From NCBI GenBank assembly GCA_963793265.1, contig CAWBZI010000001.1, positions 864,001-928,000 on the forward strand: a DNA stretch of 64,000 nt, written 5' to 3'. This DNA comes from an uncultured cyanobacterium. Lineage in GTDB: Bacteria; Cyanobacteriota; Cyanobacteriia; Phormidesmidales; Phormidesmidaceae. A program made the translations under genes and the position numbers. Of the stretch, positions 10,098-20,210 are shown piece after piece (position 1 is the stretch's first letter; each line of letters starts with the position of its first letter). The notes under the pieces are model-generated. The model made no database searches, was not told the origin of the DNA, and saw only the letters and a list, made by a program, of their open reading frames with translations.

Positions 10098-10715
10098 ATG
10101 ACTTATATCTCGGCACCTGCGCCCGGTCAAGCTGACGCTACCTATGGCATAAAAAACGTTTGTAGAATCATTGGGTTCGTCTGCATCTTTGGATTCCTCT
10201 TCGATATAATCCTCCTAGGGTTGCCGCCACAAAGCAGTATCGAATGGCGTATCGGCTTTGTTCAAGAATTTGCTAACCGCAGTATTATCTTTCTATTTGG
10301 AATGGCGCTGGTAGTCTTCGGCAGCATCGGCAGGAACAAAAGCCGAGTCAAGCTGATTTCTAAGCTATCTATGGGAATCGGCATATTCTTCTTCTTACTG
10401 TGCTTCCTATCAGTGGTCGATAGCATCAAAATGAGTAAGCAAGCAACAACTAATATTAGCGCTCAAGAATCTCAAATTCAAACGCAGATCAGAGAGGCAA
10501 AGGCCAACCCAGCGGGGCTTCCTGAAAACGTAGCACTGGATGATTTAGAACAGTTTTCGCGTCAGCTCACCCAACAAGCCGACTCCCTTAAGAAAAACAC
10601 AAAGCGAACTGTGTTTAAGACAGGAATCTCAAACATTGGCAACTTATTTATAGTTGGTGTGGGGCTGCTTGGATTAGGTCGTTCTGGGATGAAGCTTTCT
10701 AGAACGAGAGGATAA
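10098..10715 (+). CDS. HpsJ-like membrane protein, exosortase-associated
   Basis: Three N-terminal TMs, WRIGFVQEFANR motif, coiled-coil loop, C-terminal TM; directly upstream of the exosortase; ATG 10098 preferred because ATG 9915 lies inside the terminator. Confidence 0.7.
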   Translation: MTYISAPAPGQADATYGIKNVCRIIGFVCIFGFLFDIILLGLPPQSSIEWRIGFVQEFANRSIIFLFGMALVVFGSIGRNKSRVKLISKLSMGIGIFFFLLCFLSVVDSIKMSKQATTNISAQESQIQTQIREAKANPAGLPENVALDDLEQFSRQLTQQADSLKKNTKRTVFKTGISNIGNLFIVGVGLLGLGRSGMKLSRTRG

Positions 10716-10721
10716 GCCAGA

Positions 10722-11627
10722 ATGAACATAAGATTTCCAATTAGCAGTTTTCAAAGCTTTCTACGATGGGGACTAAAAAATTATCACAATCGTTTGGTCA
10801 CTGCCGGACTTTTCATTGGTCTGGTTTTCTGGCCACTCTGGCTGTACGACATTATCATAGGCACTTTTCACGGCGCGGCTAGCCTACTGCTACTGTCTGC
10901 CTTCGCCTTAGGTGTCTATCAGCTTTGGCTACAGCGAAACTCACTAGGCAAGCTTGCGGCAAATAGTGAAGACATATGGCTAGGACACACCATCATTCTG
11001 ATGGGCATCGGAGCCACACCCCTTTGTGCGTTCGCAGAATGGTCTCAGAAAGTAATCTGGCTAATGATCTTATCTGGAATCGCCCTCAGCACGTGGGGCA
11101 CCGCGTTCTTCACCAAGCATCTAGCCCCCACTTTCTTAATCGCAATCGGGCTGTTTCCCCAGCCAACGACTGTAGGGAAAGCAGTGTGGGAAGTGTTTAC
11201 GCCACCAGAGATGCTGGAACGATTTATGGCTTGGAGCGGGGCCACCGGTCTAAATCTAATCAGACAACCTGCCGTATCTGACTGGACATATATCTCACTT
11301 GCCGGAAGTACTGTTCGCGTGGATTGGGGATGTAGTGGATACGACTTGGCTTGCATTGCAGCAGTAGCCAGCCTGCTTATGGCGCTTTTCTTTAAGCAGT
11401 CATTCGCCAAATCATGCGTAATTATTCTGTTGGGAATTGCGTTAGCACTAATTGCTAACGTTCCTAGAATCATGTTAATGACTATGGCAGAATCGTATTG
11501 GGGCCCCGAGTCTTTCGAGTTTTGGCACGGATTTTGGGGTGGACAGATCTTCCTATCTATCTTATTCACAGCACACTACTACGCTGTAATGGCAGTCGTA
11601 AAACAGAGTTCTGTCAAAGCCTTATAA
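10722..11627 (+). CDS. crtC: Cyanoexosortase (probably C-type, the PTPA-CTERM-associated form)
   Basis: Multi-TM protein with exosortase Cys-Arg-His motifs VDWGCSG, ANVPRI, FWHGFWGG; next to a PTPA-CTERM gene. Confidence 0.82.
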   Translation: MNIRFPISSFQSFLRWGLKNYHNRLVTAGLFIGLVFWPLWLYDIIIGTFHGAASLLLLSAFALGVYQLWLQRNSLGKLAANSEDIWLGHTIILMGIGATPLCAFAEWSQKVIWLMILSGIALSTWGTAFFTKHLAPTFLIAIGLFPQPTTVGKAVWEVFTPPEMLERFMAWSGATGLNLIRQPAVSDWTYISLAGSTVRVDWGCSGYDLACIAAVASLLMALFFKQSFAKSCVIILLGIALALIANVPRIMLMTMAESYWGPESFEFWHGFWGGQIFLSILFTAHYYAVMAVVKQSSVKAL

Positions 11628-11737
11628 GCGTACCCTGAGAAAATCTAATAGCTAGCTGCGAACGCACCTTAGCTGCCATCTTGAATAGACTTGCTTCAGC
11701 ATTATCCGAATAATATATAGAAATCATACTGGGAATA

Positions 11738-13546
11738 GTGAAGAAACTCAAATCTGCGATAAGTTCTCCTGCCTATCAGATGATCTTTTCGGTAGCAAAG
11801 CGTAACTGGTTACTGCTAGTTACTAATTTATCTACAAACTTATTAAGTGCCTTTCTAGAAGGTAGCACTTTAGGCATCATCTATCTAGCTGTTTCTGTAC
11901 TTTCTGAAGAGCCAACCGCTCAGTCATCGACAGTAAAAGGAGCGTTAGAACGAATTCCCCTATCTTCTGAGCATGTGTTCTTGGGGTTACTAGGTGCTGC
12001 GGTTTTATTACAAGCTTTGTTGAGCTTGAGCGGCTATCTAAACAAAATAAGCGCAGCATATCTTTCAGCAAAGGCACAGCCTCAAGTAACTGGTAAGGTA
12101 TTTGAGCGAATCATGTCCTTTAGCTTTGGCTGCTCTAGCAGCTACAAGGTAGGGGATTTGGTTATGTTTGCTAGCGATGCAGCTCGAACCGTAGATATTC
12201 AACTGGAACTCATAAATAGTTTTGCGGTTAGCTTATCGTTTGTAGCTATTTATTCTTTCATTTTAGTTGGATTATCACCCTGGCTAGCTTTAGTAGCCGT
12301 TGTGCTGGCGGCTGTGATGATATTGATACAGCGAAACATACTGCCTAGGCTACGCTCAGCCGCACGACAGCTAACTCATGCAGAAGTAGAAACAACCAAA
12401 CATATGACTGAGAATATTCAGGCATTGAGGTTATTACACACTTTTGGAACGCAGCAAAGAGCAACAAAAGAGACGATTAGCAAGCTAAACGACGTACAGC
12501 TACAGCTACAAAAAAGAGCAAAGGTCTTCTATCTCTCAGATCCTATCTTCGAAGTTTTACCGGTAATAGCATTAGCCGTACTTGCAACTTTTGCATATAG
12601 TACTAGCCAGTCAACAGAATCTATCTTGCCCTTGTTGTTAACATTTCTATTAGGGTTACAACGACTGGCAATGCGGCTTAGAGTTGCTTCTAACGTATTC
12701 ACAAAACTAGCAGACGTTAGTGCCAAAATGCGACGGCTTGACAGTATATTGGTTACTCATGACAAACATTTCGCAGTCTCAGGTAGCCAACCTTTTACGC
12801 AGTTAGACACTGATATAAGCTTTGAGGAGGTTAGCCTTGCATACAGTACTGATGATGCACTAGCTCTTCAAAACGTCAGCTTCAACATTCCTAGAAACAA
12901 AGTTACAGCTCTTGTAGGGCAATCAGGAGCAGGTAAATCATCGATTATAGATTTGTTAATTGGCTTATATCAACCTAGCTTAGGTAAAGTCGTTGTCAAT
13001 GGTAAAAGTTTGCATCTATACGATCAGGCACTTTGGCGGCAGCATATTGGAATTGTTAGCCAAGATACGTTTACATTTAATAGCAGTATTTTAGACAATC
13101 TACGCTACGGGCGACCTCAAGCTAGCTTTGAAGAGATTGTGGATGCTGCAAAAGTTGCGCAGGCTCATGAGTTCATTCTTGATTTACCAGACGGTTACGA
13201 CACTATTGTAGGGGAGAGAGGCTACCGACTTTCGGGTGGGCAAAGACAGCGGTTAGCCTTAGCTAGGGCCTTTGTTAAGCAACCTGAAATTTTGATTTTA
13301 GATGAGGCAACAAGCGCGTTAGATAGTGAGTCGGAAAAGCTCATTCAACAAGCTTTAACTGAGTTTCAGAAAAATCGAACGGTGATTACAATAGCTCACC
13401 GCTTATCTACGATTGTAGAGGCCGATAAAATCTTAGTGTTTGAGAAAGGAAAGCTAATTGAGCAAGGAAATCACTATCAGCTAATACTTCAAAAAGGACG
13501 CTATGCTCAGTATTGGAGTTTGCAAACTACAGGTGCAACGGTTTAG
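11738..13546 (+). CDS. ABC exporter, fused TMD+NBD (HepA/PglK/MsbA-like)
   Basis: N-terminal TMs; GQSGAGKS, LSGGQRQR, ILILDEATSALD, IAHRLST; GTG start. Confidence 0.9.
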   Translation: MKKLKSAISSPAYQMIFSVAKRNWLLLVTNLSTNLLSAFLEGSTLGIIYLAVSVLSEEPTAQSSTVKGALERIPLSSEHVFLGLLGAAVLLQALLSLSGYLNKISAAYLSAKAQPQVTGKVFERIMSFSFGCSSSYKVGDLVMFASDAARTVDIQLELINSFAVSLSFVAIYSFILVGLSPWLALVAVVLAAVMILIQRNILPRLRSAARQLTHAEVETTKHMTENIQALRLLHTFGTQQRATKETISKLNDVQLQLQKRAKVFYLSDPIFEVLPVIALAVLATFAYSTSQSTESILPLLLTFLLGLQRLAMRLRVASNVFTKLADVSAKMRRLDSILVTHDKHFAVSGSQPFTQLDTDISFEEVSLAYSTDDALALQNVSFNIPRNKVTALVGQSGAGKSSIIDLLIGLYQPSLGKVVVNGKSLHLYDQALWRQHIGIVSQDTFTFNSSILDNLRYGRPQASFEEIVDAAKVAQAHEFILDLPDGYDTIVGERGYRLSGGQRQRLALARAFVKQPEILILDEATSALDSESEKLIQQALTEFQKNRTVITIAHRLSTIVEADKILVFEKGKLIEQGNHYQLILQKGRYAQYWSLQTTGATV

Positions 13547-13620
13547 TAACCCATTGAGATCAGAAGTGCAAAAAAACTAATATTACGACTCACGACTTCT
13601 AAAAATCTATTGGCAAGAAC

Positions 13621-14583
13621 ATGACATCGCTATCAAGTGAGCCAGACCAACCTCTCATTAGTATTATTACGCCTAGCTTCAATCAAGGCCAGTTTATCGA
13701 AGAAACTATTCGTTCAGTAACAGAACAAAGCTATTCTAATATTGAATATATTATTATTGACGGTGGCAGTACCGACAATACGGTGGAGGTTATTAAAAAG
13801 TACGAATCGAGAATTTCTTATTGGATAAGCGAGCCTGATCGCGGACAGACTCACGCCATAAACAAAGGACTGGCTATTGCTACAGGAAGTATTGTTGCAT
13901 ACATTAACAGCGATGACTTTTATTTGCCAGGTGCGCTTCAATCCGTAGCTAAGTACTTCGTCGAAAATCCAGAAACAGACTTACTGCATGGCCGATGTAG
14001 GTATGTAGACGAGCAAGGCCATAAAATTGGCGACCAGTTCGGCAATATTCAGTCTACTTCAGAAATGTTAGACATTTGGGATATCTGGTGGAAGGGCAGG
14101 CAGTTCGTGCAGCCTGAGGTGTTTTGGTCGCGCCGCATCAGTGACAAGATAGGAGGCTTTTGCGAAAGACTCAACTACGTGATGGACTACGATTACTGGC
14201 TAAGAATATTTCATGCACAGGGATGCATAAGAAGTTTAGACAGAGAGCTTACTAGCTTCCGATTCACACAAGAACAAAAGTCGAATCAAAAGGAAGATGT
14301 AGCAGTAGAGTTGTTAGAGCTGATAAAGCCATGGCTGTGGAGCAATAAGCTAGTATTACCGACCAGAACAAAAATTCGACTACAGGCGCAGTGGCTCTAT
14401 CAAGTAGAGTTCCTGGCAAAGGTTCAGAACTCGTTGAACAACAATGATGCTAAGTTGATGCGCTGGATACGCCTAGGGCTAGCTGTTTTTAGCCATCCTA
14501 AGATGCTGGTTTCTCCTCAGTTTATTCGTAGAATTGAAACTTCGCTTCTAAAGGGAAAGAAGCGCTCTTTTGCTAGCGAGTAA
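13621..14583 (+). CDS. Glycosyltransferase family 2
   Basis: ISIITPSFNQ, IDGGSTD, YINSDD. Confidence 0.9.
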   Translation: MTSLSSEPDQPLISIITPSFNQGQFIEETIRSVTEQSYSNIEYIIIDGGSTDNTVEVIKKYESRISYWISEPDRGQTHAINKGLAIATGSIVAYINSDDFYLPGALQSVAKYFVENPETDLLHGRCRYVDEQGHKIGDQFGNIQSTSEMLDIWDIWWKGRQFVQPEVFWSRRISDKIGGFCERLNYVMDYDYWLRIFHAQGCIRSLDRELTSFRFTQEQKSNQKEDVAVELLELIKPWLWSNKLVLPTRTKIRLQAQWLYQVEFLAKVQNSLNNNDAKLMRWIRLGLAVFSHPKMLVSPQFIRRIETSLLKGKKRSFASE

Positions 14584-14716
14584 TAGGGAAAGGAAAAGCT
14601 GCCTTCCAGTATCAATTACCGTCGCTACAGCAAGCCTAATGGGAATTATATGGTTAGTGAATTTTAAATGAAAAGCTTTTGTGTGAGAACTAATAACCTT
14701 TATCTATATAACTGAT

Positions 14717-15631
14717 ATGTCTTTAGGAAGTATGGCGTTAAAAGTACGCCAAAAGTACAAGCATGGTATCAAAGTCGCCTACTATCGTGATGTTGTGCGT
14801 CCTCGTATACTTGAAACTTGTCCTATTGCTAATACAACTAGCTCAGCGTGTGAAATTCACGTTTTTACTTCGTCTAAAGACTGGATGAACCTTGTTTGGG
14901 CTTTGAAGTCGTTTTACTGGGCTTCAGAGCAAGATTTTTCATTATGTATTCACGATGATGGCACGCTTGAGATAGAACACAAAGAGATTCTGCGACAACA
15001 CTTTCCACAAGCGAGAGTAATCGAAAGACAAGATGCTGACAAGCGTGTGCTCAATGAGCTAAAAGACTATCCTAGATGCTTTGAGTTTAGGAAGACAAAC
15101 CAGCTATCGCCTAAAGTGTTTGACTTTGCTAGCTATCTTGAGAGCGATCGCATGCTACTCATCGATAGCGACGTTCTTTTCTTTGCAAAGCCCAGCGCAC
15201 TACTCGAACGCATTGACTCTTCTAGCTACCACCTCAATACCGTCAACGGCGATACAGCTAGCGCCTATACCGTTGATCCAACCGTTGTCAAAGAGCGGTC
15301 TGGATTTGAAATGGTCGAACGGTTCAACTCTGGATTAGGGCTAATTCACAAAAAATCTATGAATCTTGACTGGTTTGAAGAGTTCTTAGGCTTGCCAGAT
15401 ATTATTGGACACTTTTGGCGTATTGAACAAACACTATACGCGCTCTGTAGCTCGAGATTTGGCGCAGAACTCTTGCCACCTGCTTACGACGTTCATCTAG
15501 AAGGCACCATCAGCGGAGCGCCTAGCCGACACTACATCGGAGCAGTTCGTCACTTGATGTATGGCGAGGGCATGAATCGACTTGTGAAGCAGGGTTTTCT
15601 AAAAGACATCAAGCTAGCAGCGTCAAATTGA
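14717..15631 (+). CDS. Putative GT-A fold glycosyltransferase
   Basis: IHDDG, LLIDSDVLF (DxD), FNSGL and EQT motifs; operon context. Confidence 0.65.
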   Translation: MSLGSMALKVRQKYKHGIKVAYYRDVVRPRILETCPIANTTSSACEIHVFTSSKDWMNLVWALKSFYWASEQDFSLCIHDDGTLEIEHKEILRQHFPQARVIERQDADKRVLNELKDYPRCFEFRKTNQLSPKVFDFASYLESDRMLLIDSDVLFFAKPSALLERIDSSSYHLNTVNGDTASAYTVDPTVVKERSGFEMVERFNSGLGLIHKKSMNLDWFEEFLGLPDIIGHFWRIEQTLYALCSSRFGAELLPPAYDVHLEGTISGAPSRHYIGAVRHLMYGEGMNRLVKQGFLKDIKLAASN

Positions 15632-15632
15632 A

Positions 15633-16718
15633 ATGCTTTTAGACCAGACACCTCTTCAAGTGTTGATAATGCCCGACTATCGTGCAGATAATCCCTATCA
15701 AAGCCTACTGTCAAATGCACTGCAAGCGAAAGGGGCTGAGGTTCGGTTTCCGCTTGGATATCGTCGAATCTTTCCACTTTTTAGAGAGAAACAATCTGCT
15801 ACTTCAGCGATCAACGTGCTGCATATCCATTGGATTGATCAATACATAAAAGGGGAGACTTGGCTGATCAAGCTAGCGTATGGCATTAAGTTTCTACTGG
15901 ATGTTTTACTTGTGAAAATATCGGGTTGTAGGGTTGTCTGGACTATTCACAATACGGTATCTCACAACGCTAAGTTTCCTCGAGTAGAGCTTTGGATACA
16001 GCAAAAACTTATTCGGCTAGTACACAGCGTAATTGTTCATAATCGGGCGGCATTAGAGGAGGTTTCTACTGCCTATCGCTTTGATAAGGATAAGGCGAGT
16101 GTCATTCCACACGGTCACTATCGCAATATATACAAGCCAGCGATAGAGGCTACTCAGGCGCGAAGCGTCTTAGGACTGCCTGAGCAGGGCCGGGTGTACC
16201 TAAATCTTGGGATGCTGAAGCCTTATAAAGGTATAGAAAGCCTATTGCGTACCTGGTCGAAACAAGAGGGTAATCGCACGTTGTTAATTGTAGGCAAAGC
16301 CCAAAACGAAGAATATGGCCGGGCGCTACTACAGCAAGCACAAGCGATTCCTAGCGTGATCTTGAGAAATGGATTTGTTGAAGATGATCAGCTACATCTT
16401 TACTTCAGTGCGGCAGACGTTGTGCTGCTGCCGTTCAATAAAATTTTGACCTCTGGCAGCCTAATTTTAGCTATGTCGTATGGAAAACCTGTCATAGCAC
16501 CTAATATAGGCAGCATTTCAGAAACCTTAGGCGAAGCAACTACTTTGCTATACGACAGCAAAGACTTGGGCGGGCTGAGTAAAGCAATTGAAGCTAGTGC
16601 AAACACTTGTTTGAAGACAATCGAGCGACAGGTTGTAGCAGCGTGCGATCGCCTATCGTGGCGATACATCGCCGAAGAGACTTACAAACTTTACCGGCCT
16701 AAGAACCATGCTGCCTAA
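15633..16718 (+). CDS. Glycosyltransferase family 4
   Basis: NPYQ, LHIHW, WTIHN, YKGIE, TSGSLILAMSYGKPVIA. Confidence 0.88.
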   Translation: MLLDQTPLQVLIMPDYRADNPYQSLLSNALQAKGAEVRFPLGYRRIFPLFREKQSATSAINVLHIHWIDQYIKGETWLIKLAYGIKFLLDVLLVKISGCRVVWTIHNTVSHNAKFPRVELWIQQKLIRLVHSVIVHNRAALEEVSTAYRFDKDKASVIPHGHYRNIYKPAIEATQARSVLGLPEQGRVYLNLGMLKPYKGIESLLRTWSKQEGNRTLLIVGKAQNEEYGRALLQQAQAIPSVILRNGFVEDDQLHLYFSAADVVLLPFNKILTSGSLILAMSYGKPVIAPNIGSISETLGEATTLLYDSKDLGGLSKAIEASANTCLKTIERQVVAACDRLSWRYIAEETYKLYRPKNHAA

Positions 16719-17685
16719 AGTCAGTATTCTTATTCCCTGTTATAACACCGAGAGATGGATCGCTGAGGCGATTAATAGCGCGCTGAAGCAAACCTACTCA
16801 AACAAAGAGGTCATCGTTGTAGACGATGGATCTACCGATAAAAGTCTAGAGATTATCAAAGGGTTCAAGGAAGAAATCCAATGGCAGTCTGGGCCTAACG
16901 AAGGTGGCAATGTAGCAAGGAACCGTTTGCTAAGCCTAAGCATAGGTGAGTGGATACAGTACTTGGATGCTGACGATTATCTTTTACCTAACAAGGTAGA
17001 AGAACAAATGAAATTCGTAATGAGTACTCCCAATATTGATGTTGTCTATAGCCCTGGGCTGATGGAATATGGCAGCGGTACAGAATCGTACCAGAGTGTT
17101 GAAGTCATCCCAGAACCTCACGATCCCTGGATTCTATTGGCTCGCTGGTATCTGCCACAGACAGGAAGCCCACTTTGGCGCAAGCAGGCAATTATTGACG
17201 TAGGTAAGTGGAAAACCGATCAGCCTTGTTGCCAGGAGCATGAGTTGTATTTACGCCTGCTACAGGCTGCAAAGAATTTTCATTATTTCCCTCAGGCTAG
17301 CTCGGTTTACCGACAGTGGAGCGAAGAAACTGTTTGCAAAAAAGATAAGCCAGAAGTGTTTCGGCGAAGATTAGAGATTGAGGATAAGCTTGAGGCGCAT
17401 TTAAGGGCGCATGGTTTGCTCACACCCGAAAGGCAGCAAGCTATAAATCAAGCTCGGTTCGAGTGCGCTCGTGCGATCTGGCCCAAAGCGCCGGAATGGG
17501 CTAGCAGGCTCATTCATCAAGTTCATCTTTGCGAACGAGATTTTAGCCCTAGCGGAGACGCGGCACCAGGGCTATATCGGTCGGTATATAAATCTCTAGG
17601 ATTCAACGCTGCCGAAAAGATAGCAGCACTTCGCCGCACACTATTTGTCAAATCGCAGCGTAAAGAACGCTTACAGCAGTTGTAA
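16708..17685 (+). CDS. Glycosyltransferase family 2
   Basis: VSILIPCYN, VDDGSTD, YLDADD. Confidence 0.9.
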   Translation: MLPKVSILIPCYNTERWIAEAINSALKQTYSNKEVIVVDDGSTDKSLEIIKGFKEEIQWQSGPNEGGNVARNRLLSLSIGEWIQYLDADDYLLPNKVEEQMKFVMSTPNIDVVYSPGLMEYGSGTESYQSVEVIPEPHDPWILLARWYLPQTGSPLWRKQAIIDVGKWKTDQPCCQEHELYLRLLQAAKNFHYFPQASSVYRQWSEETVCKKDKPEVFRRRLEIEDKLEAHLRAHGLLTPERQQAINQARFECARAIWPKAPEWASRLIHQVHLCERDFSPSGDAAPGLYRSVYKSLGFNAAEKIAALRRTLFVKSQRKERLQQL

Positions 17686-17723
17686 GCAGCTTTGTTTATT
17701 TGGAACGTTTCAAGATATCTCCT

Positions 17724-18572
17724 ATGGAAGCTTTAGAAAAACGACCGCTCACTACTCGGCATTCTCAGGTAGGGCATCTACCTAACTTGATCATTATTGG
17801 AGCTATGAAGTGCGGAACATCTAGCTTGCATCGATACTTGAACCTTCACCCGCAGGTTTGCATGTCAGACACGAAGGAGCTTGATTTTTTTATTGAAGAG
17901 AAGAACTGGCGAAAAGGTAAAAACTGGTATCGCGCTCATTTTCCGAAAAGCGCTGATATTCTGGGTGAGACTTCTCCAAATTACACTAAGTTTCCCGCTT
18001 TTTCAGGCGTTCCTGAAAGAATGCACCGGATGATTCCTAAGGCGAAGTTAATTTATCTGGTGAGAGATCCGATCGAAAGAATGGTGTCTCACTATCTTCA
18101 TCAATATACTGACAGGGCAGAGCATCGTAGCTTGCAGGAGGCTCTTAGTAAATCAGAGTCGAATCACTATATTTTTAGCAGTCGATATGCATTTCAGATA
18201 GAACAATTTCTGAAATACTACGATGAATCTGCTTTGCTCATTGTCAACTTAGCCGATCTATCAAAACAACCTGTTCAGACATTGAAGAAGGTATTTGAAT
18301 TTTTAGATATTGATCCAACATTCACGCACCCTTCTTTTCATAAGGTTTTTCATCAATCTAAGCAAAAGAGAAAGCTCACCTGGCTAGGCGAAGCCGCATT
18401 TAATCTTCCAGCAGGTGGGCGGCTGATGAAAATCATACCAGATCTGTTAGCTGAAGAGGTCAGGCAGCCTATCATTAACGATGAGTTGCGATCACGCCTG
18501 TTAGAGCTATTACACGATGACATAGAGAAGATTGAAGCGATCGCCCAACAGCGTTTTTGGCACTACTCCTAG
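17724..18572 (+). CDS. PAPS-dependent sulfotransferase
   Basis: 5'-PSB IIGAMKCGTSSL, KELDFF, GETSPNY, 3'-PB LVRDPIERMVS; ATG 17724 chosen over TTG 17700. Confidence 0.9.
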   Translation: MEALEKRPLTTRHSQVGHLPNLIIIGAMKCGTSSLHRYLNLHPQVCMSDTKELDFFIEEKNWRKGKNWYRAHFPKSADILGETSPNYTKFPAFSGVPERMHRMIPKAKLIYLVRDPIERMVSHYLHQYTDRAEHRSLQEALSKSESNHYIFSSRYAFQIEQFLKYYDESALLIVNLADLSKQPVQTLKKVFEFLDIDPTFTHPSFHKVFHQSKQKRKLTWLGEAAFNLPAGGRLMKIIPDLLAEEVRQPIINDELRSRLLELLHDDIEKIEAIAQQRFWHYS

Positions 18573-18586
18573 ATTTCATGACCATT

Positions 18587-19540
18587 ATGACTAACAAAGC
18601 GAACGTAGTTCCTATTTCTGTTATCATTCCAACTCGCAATCGAGCTGATGTTTTTAATAGAACAATAGAAAGCCTATCAAAGCAGAATATACAGCCTATG
18701 GAGATGATTGTTGTAGATGCCTCCGAGAACGATGCTACTCATAAGGTATGTCATGCTCAAACTTCGGGTCTACTGACCAAGATTATCTATCACAAAGCTT
18801 TGAGAGCAGGCGCAGCAGTGCAAAGAAATCAAGCGATGCAGTATGCGACTCATCCCTATATTTTATTTTGCGATGATGACATTCTTTTTGAACCTAGCTG
18901 TATTTCAGATATGTGGAATGCAGTGAATGAAGATGCAGCGTTAGGGGGAGTTTGTACATTAATTACGAACTGTCACTATACAGCGCCAGGAAAAGTAAGC
19001 GAAACATTATTCAAATTTTTAAATGGTCGCGCTGAAAGAAGCTATGCCGGTAAATGTATGGGGCCTGTGCTGAATTTACTACCAGAAGACCGAGAAGATT
19101 TGCCTACTGTTGTTCCCGTTGAATGGATGAATTCTACCTGTACGCTCTATCGCAAAGAAGCGATGCCAGATCCGCCTTTTCCCAGTCATTTTGTTGGGTA
19201 TTCTTTAATGGAAGATGTCACGCTGTCGCTGAGGGTCGGCAAGCATTGGAAGCTAGCGAATGTTCGTACAGCCAAAATCTTTCACGACAGCCAGCCTGGC
19301 GATCACAAAAACGACTCGGCAGTGCTGGCTAAGATGGATCTGGTTAACCGCTACTACGTCATGACACAGGTGCTTGAGCGAAAAAAACAAAGCGACTATC
19401 TTAAGCTCACTGTACAGCAATTGTTTAGTATCGCTGCTTCATTGCGGTCTTGGAAGGGATGGGTTTCTTTACCTCGAATATTGCTAGCAAAGCTCAAAGG
19501 AGTATCTGAAATAATCAACAACCCACAGTCAGCTGGATGA
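18587..19540 (+). CDS. Glycosyltransferase family 2
   Basis: ISVIIPTRNR, VVDAS, FCDDD, MED; start could be 18578. Confidence 0.88.
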   Translation: MTNKANVVPISVIIPTRNRADVFNRTIESLSKQNIQPMEMIVVDASENDATHKVCHAQTSGLLTKIIYHKALRAGAAVQRNQAMQYATHPYILFCDDDILFEPSCISDMWNAVNEDAALGGVCTLITNCHYTAPGKVSETLFKFLNGRAERSYAGKCMGPVLNLLPEDREDLPTVVPVEWMNSTCTLYRKEAMPDPPFPSHFVGYSLMEDVTLSLRVGKHWKLANVRTAKIFHDSQPGDHKNDSAVLAKMDLVNRYYVMTQVLERKKQSDYLKLTVQQLFSIAASLRSWKGWVSLPRILLAKLKGVSEIINNPQSAG

Positions 19541-19567
19541 AGCTCATAGCGGCAGTGATGTTCAGAT

Positions 19568-20206
19568 GTGACACAGCCAAACTTACAAGATAGAACTAAA
19601 ATGTTGTTGCGAATTGGGAAAGGGCTTTTTAGCCGCTGGCGTAATCTATATTACAAGGCTTTAGGCGTTAATATACCCGGTTATGCTTGGCTTGGCCGAA
19701 TTGAAATAGCTAGAAACTTCAGCGACATAAGGCTAGAGGCGGGATGCTCTCTGGATGACGGTGTTGTTCTTCTTAGCAGTGATAGTCATGAAAAGAGCTT
19801 CTCACTGCCTAAGATTCATATTAAAGAGAGCACCTATATTAACCGAAATACATTTATAGATGCTTGTCTATCTATCACAATCGGGCGACAGTGTGCTATT
19901 GGGCCTAACTGTTATATCACCGATCACGACCATGGGACACAATCTGAGCTGCCGCCGCTTGAGCAAGCACTGATTGCCAAACCTACCGACATTTGCAATC
20001 GCGTTTGGATTGGCGCTAACGCGACTATCCTCAAAGGCGTCACGATTGGAGAAGGTGCCGTTGTGGGGGCAGGTAGTGTGGTGACAAAGAGTATTCCAGC
20101 AGGCGCGATCGCAGTAGGTGTACCTGCCAAGATCATCCGATACAAAACAGAAGTATCTGTTAGCCCTGTTGCTATGGCTATCTCGACCCATGAATCCGCA
20201 AAATAA
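19568..20206 (+). CDS. Hexapeptide-repeat (LbH) sugar O-acyltransferase
   Basis: ITDHDH, VWIGANATILKGVTIGEGAVVGAGSVV, GVPAK. Confidence 0.9.
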   Translation: MTQPNLQDRTKMLLRIGKGLFSRWRNLYYKALGVNIPGYAWLGRIEIARNFSDIRLEAGCSLDDGVVLLSSDSHEKSFSLPKIHIKESTYINRNTFIDACLSITIGRQCAIGPNCYITDHDHGTQSELPPLEQALIAKPTDICNRVWIGANATILKGVTIGEGAVVGAGSVVTKSIPAGAIAVGVPAKIIRYKTEVSVSPVAMAISTHESAK

Positions 20207-20210
20207 ACCA

